A DNA stretch of 64,000 nt from Eledone cirrhosa (lineage: Eukaryota). The position numbers and the translations under genes are program-made. Below, piece after piece: positions 36,748 through 49,605 of this stretch. Position 1 is the stretch's first letter. Each line of letters opens with the position of its first letter. The stretch covers positions 59,706,001 through 59,770,000 of the forward strand of contig OZ024743.1 of the NCBI GenBank assembly GCA_964016885.1, read 5' to 3'. Below the pieces are notes generated by a model. It did no database searches and was not told the origin of the DNA. It worked only from the letters and a program-made list of their open reading frames with translations.

Positions 36748-39700
36748 TAAATATTTACAACTAGTAATTTAGTTGTAGTACATCAGTTGCTACAACAAAT
36801 ACCTCAACAAGAACAATGGGCGGCCACCGATTTTCACGAAGTGGGCTCCAGTGTTTCGATCAACATAACATCGTGCTAGAGGGAACACTGTGAAAGTAGT
36901 TGAGCGTTCCAGATACACCTGTAACCATAACATACTTTTGAGAGCAATTCAAGTTGCGCCAGAGATTGACAGTCCTGACCTTTTGAATTAAAACTACAGT
37001 CCACCCCACCGTCTTACAAACAGTTTTCCTCTAAGCAATTCTACTAACGAAGCAAGGGGAAAACCTTGATTATGGTAATTGTCACTACCAAAGGATGTCA
37101 CGAATTGCTATTATACCTGTGTCGTTTTAATTTTTTCTGCTGCGTTCATACCATATCACCAAATCATTATTACTATAACCGCTAAGATGGGTACACTAAT
37201 CTGAATGAATCACTGTCATCTCCTGTAGCAATGAAAAATCTCTACCTAATAGCATGGTCTGTTAGATAAAACAATCTCCTGAAATCCCATGTTCCTTTCT
37301 ATCAGGTAGGAAATTACATCTTCTAATGATGTTTAACACTTAAAAAACTGTGTAGTCATGGGTGATCATGGCTGGAATCTATTTGAGCATATGTTTACTT
37401 AATAATCACTTTACCTGTTTAAACAACGGTATCCGCTATATTATACAAGTTATTTAGATATCTACTCTATTGTTGATATCTACTATACAACGGAATACAT
37501 ATTTTTAGGTAAATTGGTGGATAATTAGATTTGTTAGTTTATCGAATTAAATTTGTCATTATTTGTCCTGACTTGCGGCTGTGAGTTCAAATCACAATCA
37601 AGTCATCTTCGTTTTCATCCTTTCACGGTCGATAAATAAAGTGGCAATCTAAATTGTGATGTGTTTATGGGATAGCTCAAATGTCGTAGGTGTTGCTTTA
37701 CACTATCTGGTTCTGCTCTGGGGTTTCTGAGTTCACATACCACAAGTTTCAGCCACGACATGCAACCGGCAATAGAATTAGCAAAAGAAAGATGTTTTAA
37801 ATGGTTTGATCAGATCACCAACCTCTTTCCCTTTTTAGTTAATGTTCAGTCCTGGAAAAATTATTTATGTAAAAGTAAGGCCGCGGAAGGACAAATAAAA
37901 GTATCGCCGATCGTAATGTTGTGTTCTATACACAAACACAATAGTAGCAACCAAACAACTATGAAAGAAATATAATTTGAGTAGAAAATAATTATTGTAC
38001 ATCCTGATTCGGTTCAAAACATTTTAAAACTCACGAATAAATATACATCATTACCGCAAATAAAAAAACTAATTTAAATATCTATAATCACAAATATTAT
38101 ACATTTCACGTGAACAGCAGAGCTAGTCACGAATTCGGAGCTTCAGCTGTCTGATGCCTTATACTTATTAGAGACGAGCTTGCTTCTTGTGCACAGCTGC
38201 ATGTTCAAAGCCCTGTACGAAACTTGTATATATTACATAAAGTCTCGCAGGATAGAAGACAAAACAGTATTTGAACTAAGATTATAAAGCCAAATCTAAA
38301 AAGAAATTTATTAAATTTAGCTATTTATTTAGTGAGCTAAACACAACTCCTCTGATACTTAGAAAAAATTAAAAATTCTTGAGAGTAGGAAAAGTGCCAA
38401 TATTTGAGAGAAGTCCAATAAATTTCCTCCACATATATTAGCTTTTTATTTCATTGATCGAAACCATGAAAAATAAATGGAGTCCAGCGGGATTTCAAAT
38501 TAACGCTTTAGAAGTCGGGAACTGAAGACAGTAACGTTTCATTCCAGTGCTCGACTGTATCTAATAACTTTCCATCTTCAGAAGTTCAAATATTGGTTTC
38601 CGTTTGACAAGGTATATGTCGAATTTTTGCACGGGTGGCTGTTATAGTCTATTCAACTAGTTGAAGCATATTATTAGTTCTTAATTTGATTAAACACGAA
38701 ATTGGTGAAATACAAAGATGACACATGTGGGATTTGAACACAGTATATATCAACACTTTCCAAGAACAACATATCGCCTTTCTATATACTATTTATTGTG
38801 GTTTGCTTGCAGTTCACTATTAACACTTTCTACTCATAAAAAAATATAAATTTTTGAATTTAGAATTGAAACATCATAGTTAAAGATGAGATGAAAAAAT
38901 ATAGAGGAAGCCAGAACTTTGAGTGGTGCAACTTCTATAAACCTAGTTAGACTTCATAATACAGCTACGCCATAAGATGGCAAATCCGTCGTCGTGAAGA
39001 ACAACCATTAGCCGACGTTGAATCAGTTATTTGATTTTACAGTCTTCCTTCTCCAGGTTTGATGGTTTCATTCTACATTTCTAGAGAAACAACGATAGCC
39101 CGAGAAGCGAATTCGTCGGAAGATATCAATGTTGACCGGCATGACAAGGAAAATGTCTGTTAATGCTCGACATCTCTTATTCAGTTGCTTTGCGAGCGGC
39201 AGCGTCCAGGTTTTTAGCGGAAGCAAAATATTGGATCTGGAGAAGATGAGTTACCTATTCTGCTCAAATGGCAAAAAGGGTTACAATACCCAGGGAGCCT
39301 AACAATGAAGTGGGTGAGACCAAGAACCAGCCTTTGTGAGTCAAAATTTGTCTCATCAAGATCGTTCTTAAAATGGTCGTCCAGATTAGCGTTGACAGAA
39401 AGAATGTTCCATCTCTGACGTAAAGCGAGCGTGTGTAATCCAAATAGAAGGACAGTATCATTTCAACAACGCGCATGATTCATATGCACAAAGGATGATG
39501 TGTAACGAAAATCTGGTGTGCGTGCACGCATAAATAAGGAGAGCGTCGGTTAACGAATAGACCGCTAGTTTGTTGTGTGGTGGTGGACACAAGAGCAGGA
39601 AGCATTATTGGTTGAGAAAATACTCGTTCCTCATGCAGGCTGCGCTATATTTTTACTATCGTGAATTATTAATTGTATACATTCCATTTCACAAAATAAT

Positions 39701-40787
39701 ATCTACTCTATTCAATATAATATTTTTCATAAACATTTCATATTATATTACTCCACCTTTCAATATTTCTAAAAATATTGTTTTTTATATTTACCCTCAA
39801 ACTTTCATTTTAACTCTCACGTTATCCTTCATATTTATATCGTTATTGATCACTCTCTATTTGCTCTTTCTTACACTTAGACGCCGTCTAATGCAGAATC
39901 CAATGCTTTCATTTTGCCTGTCTATATCTTTTTCATTTTGCACTTTTCTACTTACTACGACAATTTTTTTTTATTTATTCCACATCTCCCATTATCAATA
40001 CTGATTTAATATATTCCACCCAATATTGCCACTCCTAAATATACGTATTCTTTTTATATTCTTCGCGTTGAAATTTAATATAGCTCTATCTCAAACAGAA
40101 TGCATTTCTCTATTTTTAACGTTCTGATTCCCTAGTAAAATTTCAACACACATTTTTTGTAACAGACGTATATCTCTCTAACATCTTTCTGGCTTTGCGC
40201 CCTCCAGTTATTTTCATTTGTATTTTTTATGTGGAACGCCATCTGTCAAATTGTAACTAACTTCATTTTGACATTTTCTCTCGTTTTCAGAAAACGAAAA
40301 TTATTTTATAACATTCTATTATTAACTAATATTATTATTCCTCAGTTATCTCTGTTATTATTCCCGATTTCTATAGCCTTTCAATATGGCATCATTTACT
40401 GATGCAATATAATATCAGCATTCTCGTCTTCAACGACTTAATTTTTGCAATTGAAGTTCATTTCGAATGTCAGGTTACAATAACCAAATCAACGTGTGCT
40501 GTACTGCTATTATCTCTCTCTGTATCTATCTTCCACACTGTCTCATTCTCTCTCTCTATGTCTCTCTCTCTCTTCATCTCTCTCTTTCTCTCTCTCTCTC
40601 TATATATATTTTTTTTTCTCTCTCTCTATCTCCCTCCCTTTCTCTTTCTTTCTCTCTCTCTCTCATTATATATATATATATGTATAAAGAATTCGAATTT
40701 TGAAAACCGCGACAATGCGGGTTTGAACGAAAAATAATAAATTCGCAAGAAAAAGGGCTTGTTTTTTACATTAATTTATTCATATGA

Positions 40788-40976
40788 GGGTGGTGGATTG
40801 GCAGTATCGGTAAAGCGTTGGACGCCATGCTTTGTAGCATAGAGTTACGCCTCTTTATGATCTAAGTTCAAATCCCGCTGAGGTTAACTTTGTCTTTCAT
40901 CCTTACAGGGTCGATAAAATAAAGTACCAGTAATATTGGGTATTAGCTGGCCTTGTGCCAAAAGTAGAAATAATTA
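40788..40976 (+). mobile_element. tRNA-derived SINE
   Basis: Full-length match to 3402-3596. Confidence 0.85.
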
Positions 40977-41763
40977 ATTCATATTTCCTGATATTTCAAG
41001 ATTAATATCTCTTCTTCCGAGGAAAATAAACGAACTATTCCAGTGTCCGGTGTGGCTTGCTATACCATGCAGAACGTAAGTGGTTAACATTATCATTATT
41101 TTTTAACGTCTTTAGTTTTAAAATTAAGGTATGGGCAGGTCAAAGGAGCACAGGGTTTATTCTCTTTAAATCCGCTTAGACCATGTATATTAATCCGCGC
41201 TGATACACACGTGCATGCATACATGTGTGTGTGTAAGCACGCATACAAATACGTAAATTCATATGAGTAGAAACGTGTAAACACATGAATGCACGATCTC
41301 TCCCGGGTGGATAACGTGCTCGTAAGCGGGACTATGTGTGTTCATATGTGTAGAGTCCACTGTCCTTCTAATTTCGGTATTGTGTGCCTAGTTCTATGTT
41401 AGGTATTGTGTGCTTAGTTCTATTCTATTATTGACTTGTGGATGGGTTCTGATATGATTAATGCTTAATTCTTAATTTGCAGAGGTTTGCTTCTTTTGTT
41501 TCAACATTAACAGTAAATGTTTGGTGGTGTTTTAGCTTTTTATGGTGTTAATTTTATAGTGTTAATATGTTCCTTAATCATGATATGTAGGTACCTGATG
41601 GTGCTACATGTATAGAAGTTGTCGCATTCTTTATATCATATACAATGTTTCAAGTAAACTACGAATTCTTACATATGTATATATATATATATATGTTTGA
41701 GTGTATGTGTGTATGTGTGTGTACATATATATACAAGGCCGAAACTATATATAGAGAGAGGTG

Positions 41764-41833
<70 letters not shown>

Positions 41834-42050
41834 GCAATATACCGTATGTTTAATTAAAAACATTGTCAAGACCTTACACTATCATTTTCAAGTAGTGACT
41901 ATGTAACTAACTTCATTTCGGTGAAAGAAGACAGAGATGCTAACAATCTGCTTGGCAATCATCAGAGCTACGTACTCAGCTCTACCGCCAAAAATTATAG
42001 AAGCTAGATTCTTATAGAATTCCAGTAATAATCAGGAGCTGATTATACAG

Positions 42051-42088
<38 letters not shown>

Positions 42089-42090
<2 letters not shown>

Positions 42091-42210
42091 AACAAGTATG
42101 ACCCCGACGGCAGAGCTCAAACCGTTTCCTATTACCCACTCCACTATTCTAAGTATTGAGTAATTTGGTGCGTTATGGTCCATCTGGTTCCTTACCACAT
42201 TTCCTTCGTT
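42089..42210. mobile_element. Solo fragment of the Penelope pLTR found at 55775-55897, first ~40 bp inverted
   Basis: 42089-42128 is the reverse complement of ~55775-55814; 42129-42210 matches ~55814-55895; embedded in (TA)n. Confidence 0.8.
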
Positions 42211-42221
42211 GTATATATATA

Positions 42222-42288
<67 letters not shown>

Positions 42289-42296
<8 letters not shown>

Positions 42297-42512
42297 GAAT
42301 ATAAGAGAATAAATGTTGCGACCAATGGAAATTATTGGACATATTACGATCGTTTCTCTGGCGACCAGCTCGAGGCACAATCGATGTGATGAACGAATCT
42401 GACAATTACAATCGCAACGTCCTCAGATACGTCTTGATTCTACGAAGCAGATTTTAATATGTCCAATAAATTCCATTCGTCGCAACACTGATTCTCTTAT
42501 TTTCTTTGATAT
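42289..42512. repeat. Imperfect inverted repeat (~58 bp arms)
   Basis: 42289-42346 versus 42455-42512; begins directly after a (TA)n tract. Confidence 0.75.
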
Positions 42513-42804
42513 GATACTCTGCTTTATGAGAGCATCGAGTGCTCAAATCGGCTACCGCATACGGACACTTTAAGCATCCAACACCAATTATATATATATA
42601 TATATTTTTTAGACATAATCTTTGTGTGTTGGTATTTTAACGATAGTTATAGCTCTGATTTATCTGAATTATTGAGCCCTCTGCCACTCATGTCGAATTT
42701 GTTTATCGTGAACTCGTGAGCCGATTTTTCGATACTCGATTATTCTACTATATATATATATATACAGAGAAAGAGAGACAGAGATGTGTATATGTATATC
42801 AGAC

Positions 42805-43187
42805 GTTAACATGCATAAGGAAAGTATATACTTTCAAACGTTCAATCATCTGACAGGAAGGTATACGGTGCTGATGATAGCTAATAAGCTTGAAACTACT
42901 TCATCGTTCCTTTGTTAGTGTTGAACAAAAGGGCAACGATGGTTGCCGAACACTGTACGACTTAATTCGAGCTGTCTGTTTACAAACAAACCGAATATTA
43001 AAATACATTTTCGGTAGACCCATAAGTACATATATATATATATGTGCATGTATGTATATATATATATATATATATACATACTAGTGTACATCTGTATACT
43101 TATATTTATGTACGTATACACACTTATTTATATTTAAGTATCAGCCGTACTAAGAGTGAGACATGAAATATCATTTTTTCCATTTTT
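42805..43187 (+). mobile_element. Hammerhead-containing repeat module A (second copy of 59067-59435)
   Basis: Collinear with the 59 kb copy; tacggtg-CTGATGA-tagct aata agctt-GAAA...cactgta at 42864-42957. Confidence 0.75.
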
Positions 43188-43205
43188 ATATATATATATA
43201 TATAT

Positions 43206-43266
<61 letters not shown>

Positions 43267-43305
43267 CGTGTGTGTGGGGGGGGTCTTTGTGTGTGTATAT
43301 GTATC

Positions 43306-43336
<31 letters not shown>

Positions 43337-43341
43337 ATATA

Positions 43342-43777
43342 TATAGTTTTAATATAGATGAGATTCTACAGGACTAGAACTGTGTCATTCTTTAGAAATC
43401 ATCAAGAATCTGGCTGTCCAAAAAATATTGGCGTATTTATATATTTTCAGGTGGTAGGGAGGGTGGGGTGTGGGATGGGTGGATGTCATTGGATGAAAGA
43501 AAAGGGAATTCATTAAAAGCTAATTCTTTAAGGCTATACTTTATATTTAGAGTGACAAAGGTAGAAAGAATTCTATAAACAAGTTCAAATTGTGGTGCCA
43601 CTCCTCTATTTTAAGTTTCTCTTAAGCTAACAATGCCTATATTTCACGTGTCTTAAGATGGTTGGGGGTCGGTCATGGTTGATGGATTTAAAGAAAAGGG
43701 AAATTCTTTAAAAGCTAATTCTTTAAAGCTGTACTTAGAGTGACAAAGGCGAAGAGAATTCTATAAACCAGTTCAAA
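43342..43777 (-). mobile_element. Hammerhead-containing repeat module B (inverted copy of 59463-59901)
   Basis: Reverse-complement match over ~430 bp; degenerate hammerhead at 43361-43411; internal ~200 bp duplication. Confidence 0.78.
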
Positions 43778-43815
43778 TATTGGGTGCCTATCATTATTGT
43801 CATGTTGCTTTTATG

Positions 43816-43928
43816 GAGCTCAAGCCGTTTCGACGGCTAATTCTGGACTGAATGAAAATTTATTCTGGTATTTAAATAGCCGAGCTTATCAAGGGGTAAT
43901 TCCATATATGGTCAAAGAGATAATCACC
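43816..43928 (-). mobile_element. Inverted fragment of the Penelope pLTR (5' two-thirds of its hammerhead, core TTGATAA)
   Basis: Reverse complement of ~55677-55790. Confidence 0.78.
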
Positions 43929-44099
43929 AGGATTGGTCACATCACAAGTTAGTAGTAAATCTGTGATGGCAAATTGGTGGGGGAAGGGGCAGCTAAACCT
44001 GCCGGTAGGAGAAAAAGGGAGAGGGTGTGGAGTAGACCCATTCATGCGTTGGTAGTGCCGGCTACAGCTGGGCGTGAGGTCAAAGAGAATACGGAGGAT

Positions 44100-44191
44100 G
44101 AAGTCGAAACGGTAAGTAGAACAATGAGGGTAAAACTATAAAAAAGTTTTATAGTTTTACCCTTCATTGTTCTACTTACCGTTTCGACTTC
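44100..44191. repeat. Near-perfect hairpin palindrome (~43 bp arms)
   Basis: gaagtcgaaacggtaagtagaacaatgagggtaaaactataaaa / ttttatagttttacccttcattgttctacttaccgtttcgacttc. Confidence 0.9.
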
Positions 44192-44536
44192 CCCTCCCCC
44201 ACCTGCAACCCGGATGATATCAAATGATGTTGACTTTTTGGTGTGATCATTTTGTTTAAGACAGTGGGTCTGGCTTAGTGCAGTGCCATTGCTCACTATA
44301 AAAGCTTCACGGCACAGGCATTGCTTCATATCTAGAGATCTCTCTGCACTTGTCATCACATGGTACCATGGGCCAGCACTATGTGTCAATAATTGTCACA
44401 AGTGTAGTGTTTGTACCAGAATTCTCAAGTCGCTGGCTGGACTAAAATGTCACACTCGTTCAGCGCATCGGTAAGGATTCTGCTACATGGATATAAAGTA
44501 GTGGCCGTACTCGAAAACGAGTTGGCAGCCACCACC

Positions 44537-44604
<68 letters not shown>

Positions 44605-44611
<7 letters not shown>

Positions 44612-45692
44612 ATACAATAACAGAGATAGTTTAAAGCTAAACTCTGACTGGTAACCATCTCACTCAACAAACATTAGGTTATATTAAAATATAAACCCAA
44701 TTTAAGTGTTTGGGGTGCTAACAATATGTATAATGTGGAAAAACCAGTTGTATTATTTTATGAGATATAATTAAAGTTAAAGTATATCTCTCTTTCCAAA
44801 CAATTCTTTCATTATAAGTTTTCTACAAGTTTGGGAGATGTTTCCAGTTTATGTAGAAGCCTAATATATATTCATGTAAGAATATATTTAGGTGGGCACT
44901 TATAAATCATCAGTGGAAGCCCATTAAACATTGATATAAGAAAACAATTTCTTACCGCTGTCAAAAATCATGTCCGTAAAGTAGCTCTCTCTCGCCTCGA
45001 ATGACCGCCAAATTTTAAATTCCAGCAGTTTTTGACTGAGGAAGTATCATAGCGACACGAAGCGGGAAGGGGAGACAATTCACGAAATGAGGAAAAAATA
45101 ATATACACGCGGGTTAATTAGTTTTTTTGAAAACATTATCAATCCAACGTGTTTAAGAACTCAATTGAAAATAAAAAAATAAATACATGCTTGTATAAAT
45201 TACACACGCATATAGATATTTTCTTAGGCTAAATCAGAAGTTGTACCCGAATAAGAACCGCTTCTCATAACCGCAGTAAATGCAGAAAGTTATGCTATAA
45301 AGGGCAAATGGGAATATAATTCTCCGGCCGAATTATTAAGAGTAAAATATAAAACACACGCAGGTTAATTAGTTATTTCAAAACCAATATTAATTCCTCG
45401 TGTAAAGAACTCAATTAATAAAAGAAAATAAATACATATATGCATGTAATTATATACGTAGGCATATATATATATTTTCCTAGGCTAAAAAACAGAGAAG
45501 TTACAACCAAAAAAGCCACAATATTTCACAACAGTAATAAATACGGAAAGTCAAATTCATAAGGTACTTGGAAATAAACACCTCTGGCCAATCAAGAGTA
45601 AATATTTAATACAATAACAGAGATAGTTTAAAGCTAAACTCTGACTGGTAACCATCTCACTCAACAAACATTAGGTTATATTAAAATATAAA
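44605..45692. mobile_element. ~1.09 kb non-coding unit with identical ~88 bp terminal direct repeats and an internal ~250 bp tandem duplication
   Basis: 44605-44693 = 45602-45692; 45095-45345 resembles 45346-45601; flanked by (TA)n on both sides. Confidence 0.65.
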
Positions 45693-45710
45693 TGTGTGTA
45701 CGTATATATA

Positions 45711-45794
<84 letters not shown>

Positions 45795-45949
45795 TATGTG
45801 CGGAAAAAATTATTCATGTTATTCAAAATATTATAGTTCATGTTAGTCAATCTGGAGCGTTGTAATTTTGTAATAGGTGTTTCCATACCTCTGGACAACG
45901 TGGAAAACGTTCAATCCTTGATTTAGGCAAGCCCTATTACATAATTTTC

Positions 45950-46545
45950 TCAGGATATCGATACTTTCTTCAATGACCATCCCACAAGATGGATTCCCAT
46001 TTGCGTATGGTTTAGTCTAAGTAATAGCTTTCCATTCGATGTAGTAATCTACGTCTGTGTCTTTGGGTTACCATGCGTGTTTTCCGAGCTTCGTGGACGA
46101 TCGTTTATCCGGCTATTTGAAATTCGACTGATATATCAGGAAGCGTTCCTTAAACCGAGCCTCAACCATATCTACATAGGATTTAATCTCTTGTTGATTT
46201 AATCGGTTAGAAGTGACCACAGCTTCGCAAATTACAGCGGGTGTGTTGCATTGTTGTTGATCTGACAAGCTTCTGGCTTTCAGCAAGTGCATCCTGATGG
46301 CTTGCTGATCTTAGGGCTGTTGGCGATCTCGGCATTCATATACTTAGCACAGGAATATCCTAGTTCACCATGTGTCTGTTAAAGATGGATCGGTATTTGT
46401 GATCTATGAAGAAGTGTCTATATAAGAGAGATCTACATTTTTTTTCTTACATTAGTTTTAACGTTGAGCAAGAAGGCGGGTGTGCAAATTGCTTTGCTAT
46501 TAGCACGATTTCTTTTCCTCTAGTTGTCGGCATTATCAGGGGGCT
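45950..46545 (-). pseudogene. Degenerate Penelope-like RT-thumb/GIY-YIG fragment
   Basis: Reverse strand gives FLLNVKTNVRKKCRSLLYRHFFIDHKYRSIFNRH and AVICEAVV...KSYVDMVEARFKERF, aligning by eye with the 56635-58203 protein. Confidence 0.65.
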
Positions 46546-46999
46546 AAGCAATATATATATATATAAAACATATACAATATATATAATATATTTATATATC
46601 TCTCTATATATAAATATAATATATATATATACATTAATGTATATACATATAAAGTACTTGTGACTGAGTTCGTATTTCGGACGAGTGACACATCAATGTG
46701 TATTGGTAATGCAATTTATATATTTGTAATACGTTTAATACCTGCCAGTTTGTTATTTATTATTCACAATTATGTGCTTTTAACAATACTGTCTTTGAAA
46801 CTAACAGATATGTTTCATTGTATTACTAATAAAGTCTACGAAAACACACACACACTATAGAAGAACAAAATGCCATGTGGACATTTATTCTGAACAGAAA
46901 AAAAAAGATGTTTAAACTAAGTGTATTTTCATGTGAATCGATTTAATCTTAAACTGTTATATACATATATATCTATGTATCTATCTATTTATCTATTTA

Positions 47000-47981
47000 C
47001 TGGCACACTGAGTGTGCCCAGGCGCTCACCGCCCTCTGGCAGGCGGATCCGGTTATCAGTGGAGACTCCACCGCAACATTCTATAGAGGGCTGGTACGCA
47101 GCAGGTGCGACGACGCCCTCGGAGAAGCCCTAGACATGGAGGAGGACGAACTGGCCAGCCTGTTCGGTAGGACATTCAGCCCGGGACCTATGGACAACTT
47201 CCAGAAGTCCCTGGCCTGGCAGTGCTACCGAGGGGCTTTACCCGTTCGAGAAAGGCTCTACAGACACGGGCGCCCGGGTAGGGACCCCGCCAAAAAGATC
47301 TGTCCCAGATGCGTGTGCGACGAGGAAACCGTTGCACACGCATTGGTACACTGCTCGGGCGTAGCCGATCTGTGGGGCTATGTCGAACAACTGCTGTCAA
47401 GGGTGGAACCGATCCGGTTGACCACCGAGTCTATTGTAATGATCAAGCCGCCTCCCCCCTTCAAAGATGAAGCAGAGGCGGTGTTTCTGTGCGTAATAGC
47501 CATGGCGAAAGAGGTTGTATGGTGGACGCGTCTGAAAGGACTGAGGTCAGGCACCTTTCTCTCTGGCCAACAACTGGTCCGTTTCTTCCGATATCATTTC
47601 GGAAGAAGGATCAGGATGGAGAGAGAGGTGCTGCACCCCAGCCGTTTCTATGAAAGATGGGTAAAAGTGGCGAGAATGGCCCGTGTGAATGGGCCTTCAC
47701 TCTACATCAGACTATAGGTGAGGAAGATGAAAGACCAAGGGAGCACCCCTTCTCTGTGCTCCTGAGGAGAAGGGTTGCACACTTTTTTCGGGGGTGTGTG
47801 CGACCCACCAAGGCGCCTCCTCTCTATTGAGGATTTTGTTAAAAATTTTATTTTTTGTTATATCTTATTTTATTTTTATATTTTGTTATTGCCTCCTCCT
47901 TATTGAGGACGCCTTTTTGTGTAAACTCCCCCCTTTGTACTTGTCCCACTTTTGATGCCCTAGTGGCAAATAAAAGAAATA
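47000..47981 (+). mobile_element. 5'-truncated Tx1/L1-group LINE with 18 bp target-site duplication
   Basis: ORF 47136-47717 with zf-RVT-type finger CPRCVCDEETVAHALVHC; AATAAA at the 3' end; tatctatttatctattta at 46982-46999 and 47982-47999. Confidence 0.85.
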
Positions 47982-48209
47982 TATCTATTTATCTATTTAT
48001 CTGGGATGAACATACGCGTGAAACCTGCCGGATAAGTTCTGCCTAAATTTCTATAAAAAATCCTAACTGTAAACCTTCATTTTTATACCATTTTGTAGAG
48101 GGACTACCAGGTCAAATTTTGATCTAGCCAGTCTCTCAAAATATCCTACGCCTTTAGGCGAAATAGTTCACAAATCTTTTTTTTGTGAAAAGTTAACATA
48201 TTTTTTTTT

Positions 48210-49236
48210 AATGGCTTCTTCACCAACATTCGAAGGAGGAAAGGGGAAGAAATGCTTACAGCTTCCCCCTACCTCATAGTAGCAGATGTCAAAGACAAAG
48301 GTCAGCCAGAGGGAGGATTTTCTCCAACTGCTGACCGACAACTTGACGTTGTCATGGCAACAAACCAAAAGTGTGAAACAATGAACAAACACAACACAAC
48401 TAGCGGCACCAGCAACAACAATAACAACAATGCTACGAACGAAAACAACACCAACAATAATAACAATAACAACATCAACAAGACCAATAACTGCAACAAG
48501 GAAGTAAATGATAAAATATCGTTTGCGCAAACCGTAAAGAAAACGCTAAGCTACACTCCGGTAGATATTTGAAATGCAAATGACCTTTTGAATAACGCCA
48601 GACAGTACATAACTTTTGGGGAGAACGGATCATGCTCCATTAACTTTCCCCCAGATTTGCGAAGAGAAGCTGCCTTGAAAACTGTGGTTTTCAGGACAGT
48701 CTCAAACAAAACCCGAAAACCGACTCAACTTTCACAACGCAAAATTGAGTTGGTTTTAGAAGATACCTTAAAAGACATTGCTTTCATTCAGAAGGGTAGA
48801 CTATACGGGAGTTTATCCATTCTGATAAAAGACCAACTGACGGTACAGAAATACTCTGTGTCGCCAATTGTGTCACCATTGTTCAACTTTCCCTCCACTT
48901 ACATGGGAAAAAAACACAGAAAATAAAAATCCAAAGTATCACACCAAATATTGATATTTGCTGGGTACTATGCGGATTTTTAAACCTAGAAAAATACACA
49001 ATAATATCGGTAGGTAAGTCCTCCGGCGACCTTTTCAGTGGAACTAGCCTGGAAATTCTGGTCCAAATGACACCAGAACGAATAGCTTGGATCCCAGAAC
49101 TTGTTCTGCTGGATGGACTTATATACATAAACATTTCGGTCGAGGTTAGACGGCCCTCATGTTACCTCTGCCTAAGCAGGGGTCGCCTGAGAGCTTCCTG
49201 TCCTCGGCTAACTAGCCAGAAAAAGGCTCTGAAATA
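48210..49236 (+). pseudogene. Degenerate LINE ORF1/gag-like coding remnant
   Basis: Disrupted frame with an Asn-rich low-complexity N-terminus, SFAQTVK motif and terminal zinc-knuckle-like CYLCLSRGRLRASC (His replaced by Arg). Confidence 0.5.
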
Positions 49237-49255
49237 GCGATGTATACATTCATGT

Positions 49256-49497
49256 ATGTATAGTATATTTGGCAATATACCGTATGTTTAATTAAAAACA
49301 TGTTTAAGACCTTGCGCTATCACTTTTAAAGTAGTGACTGTGTCACTTCTTTTTTTTCGGCAAAAGAAGGGAGAGAAGCTTTTGCCGAAAAAAAATGAAG
49401 TGACATAGTCACTACTTTAAAAATGATAGCATAGCGCAAGGTCTTTAAAATGTTTTTTTAATTAAACACACGGTATATTGCCAGATATACTATACAT
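49256..49497. repeat. Foldback (~112 bp arms, 12 bp spacer); a single arm also occurs at 41828-41930
   Basis: 49256-49366 versus 49379-49497. Confidence 0.85.
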
Positions 49498-49512
49498 GCA
49501 TTCAGATATATA

Positions 49513-49605
<93 letters not shown>

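Noticed and set aside
38960-39545. Possible decayed DNA-transposase (piggyBac-like Cys/His tail)
   Set aside because: No continuous frame, catalytic motif or TIRs visible.
39570-40004. 144 aa hydrophobic ORF
   Set aside because: Low-complexity AT-rich sequence, non-ATG start, no motif.
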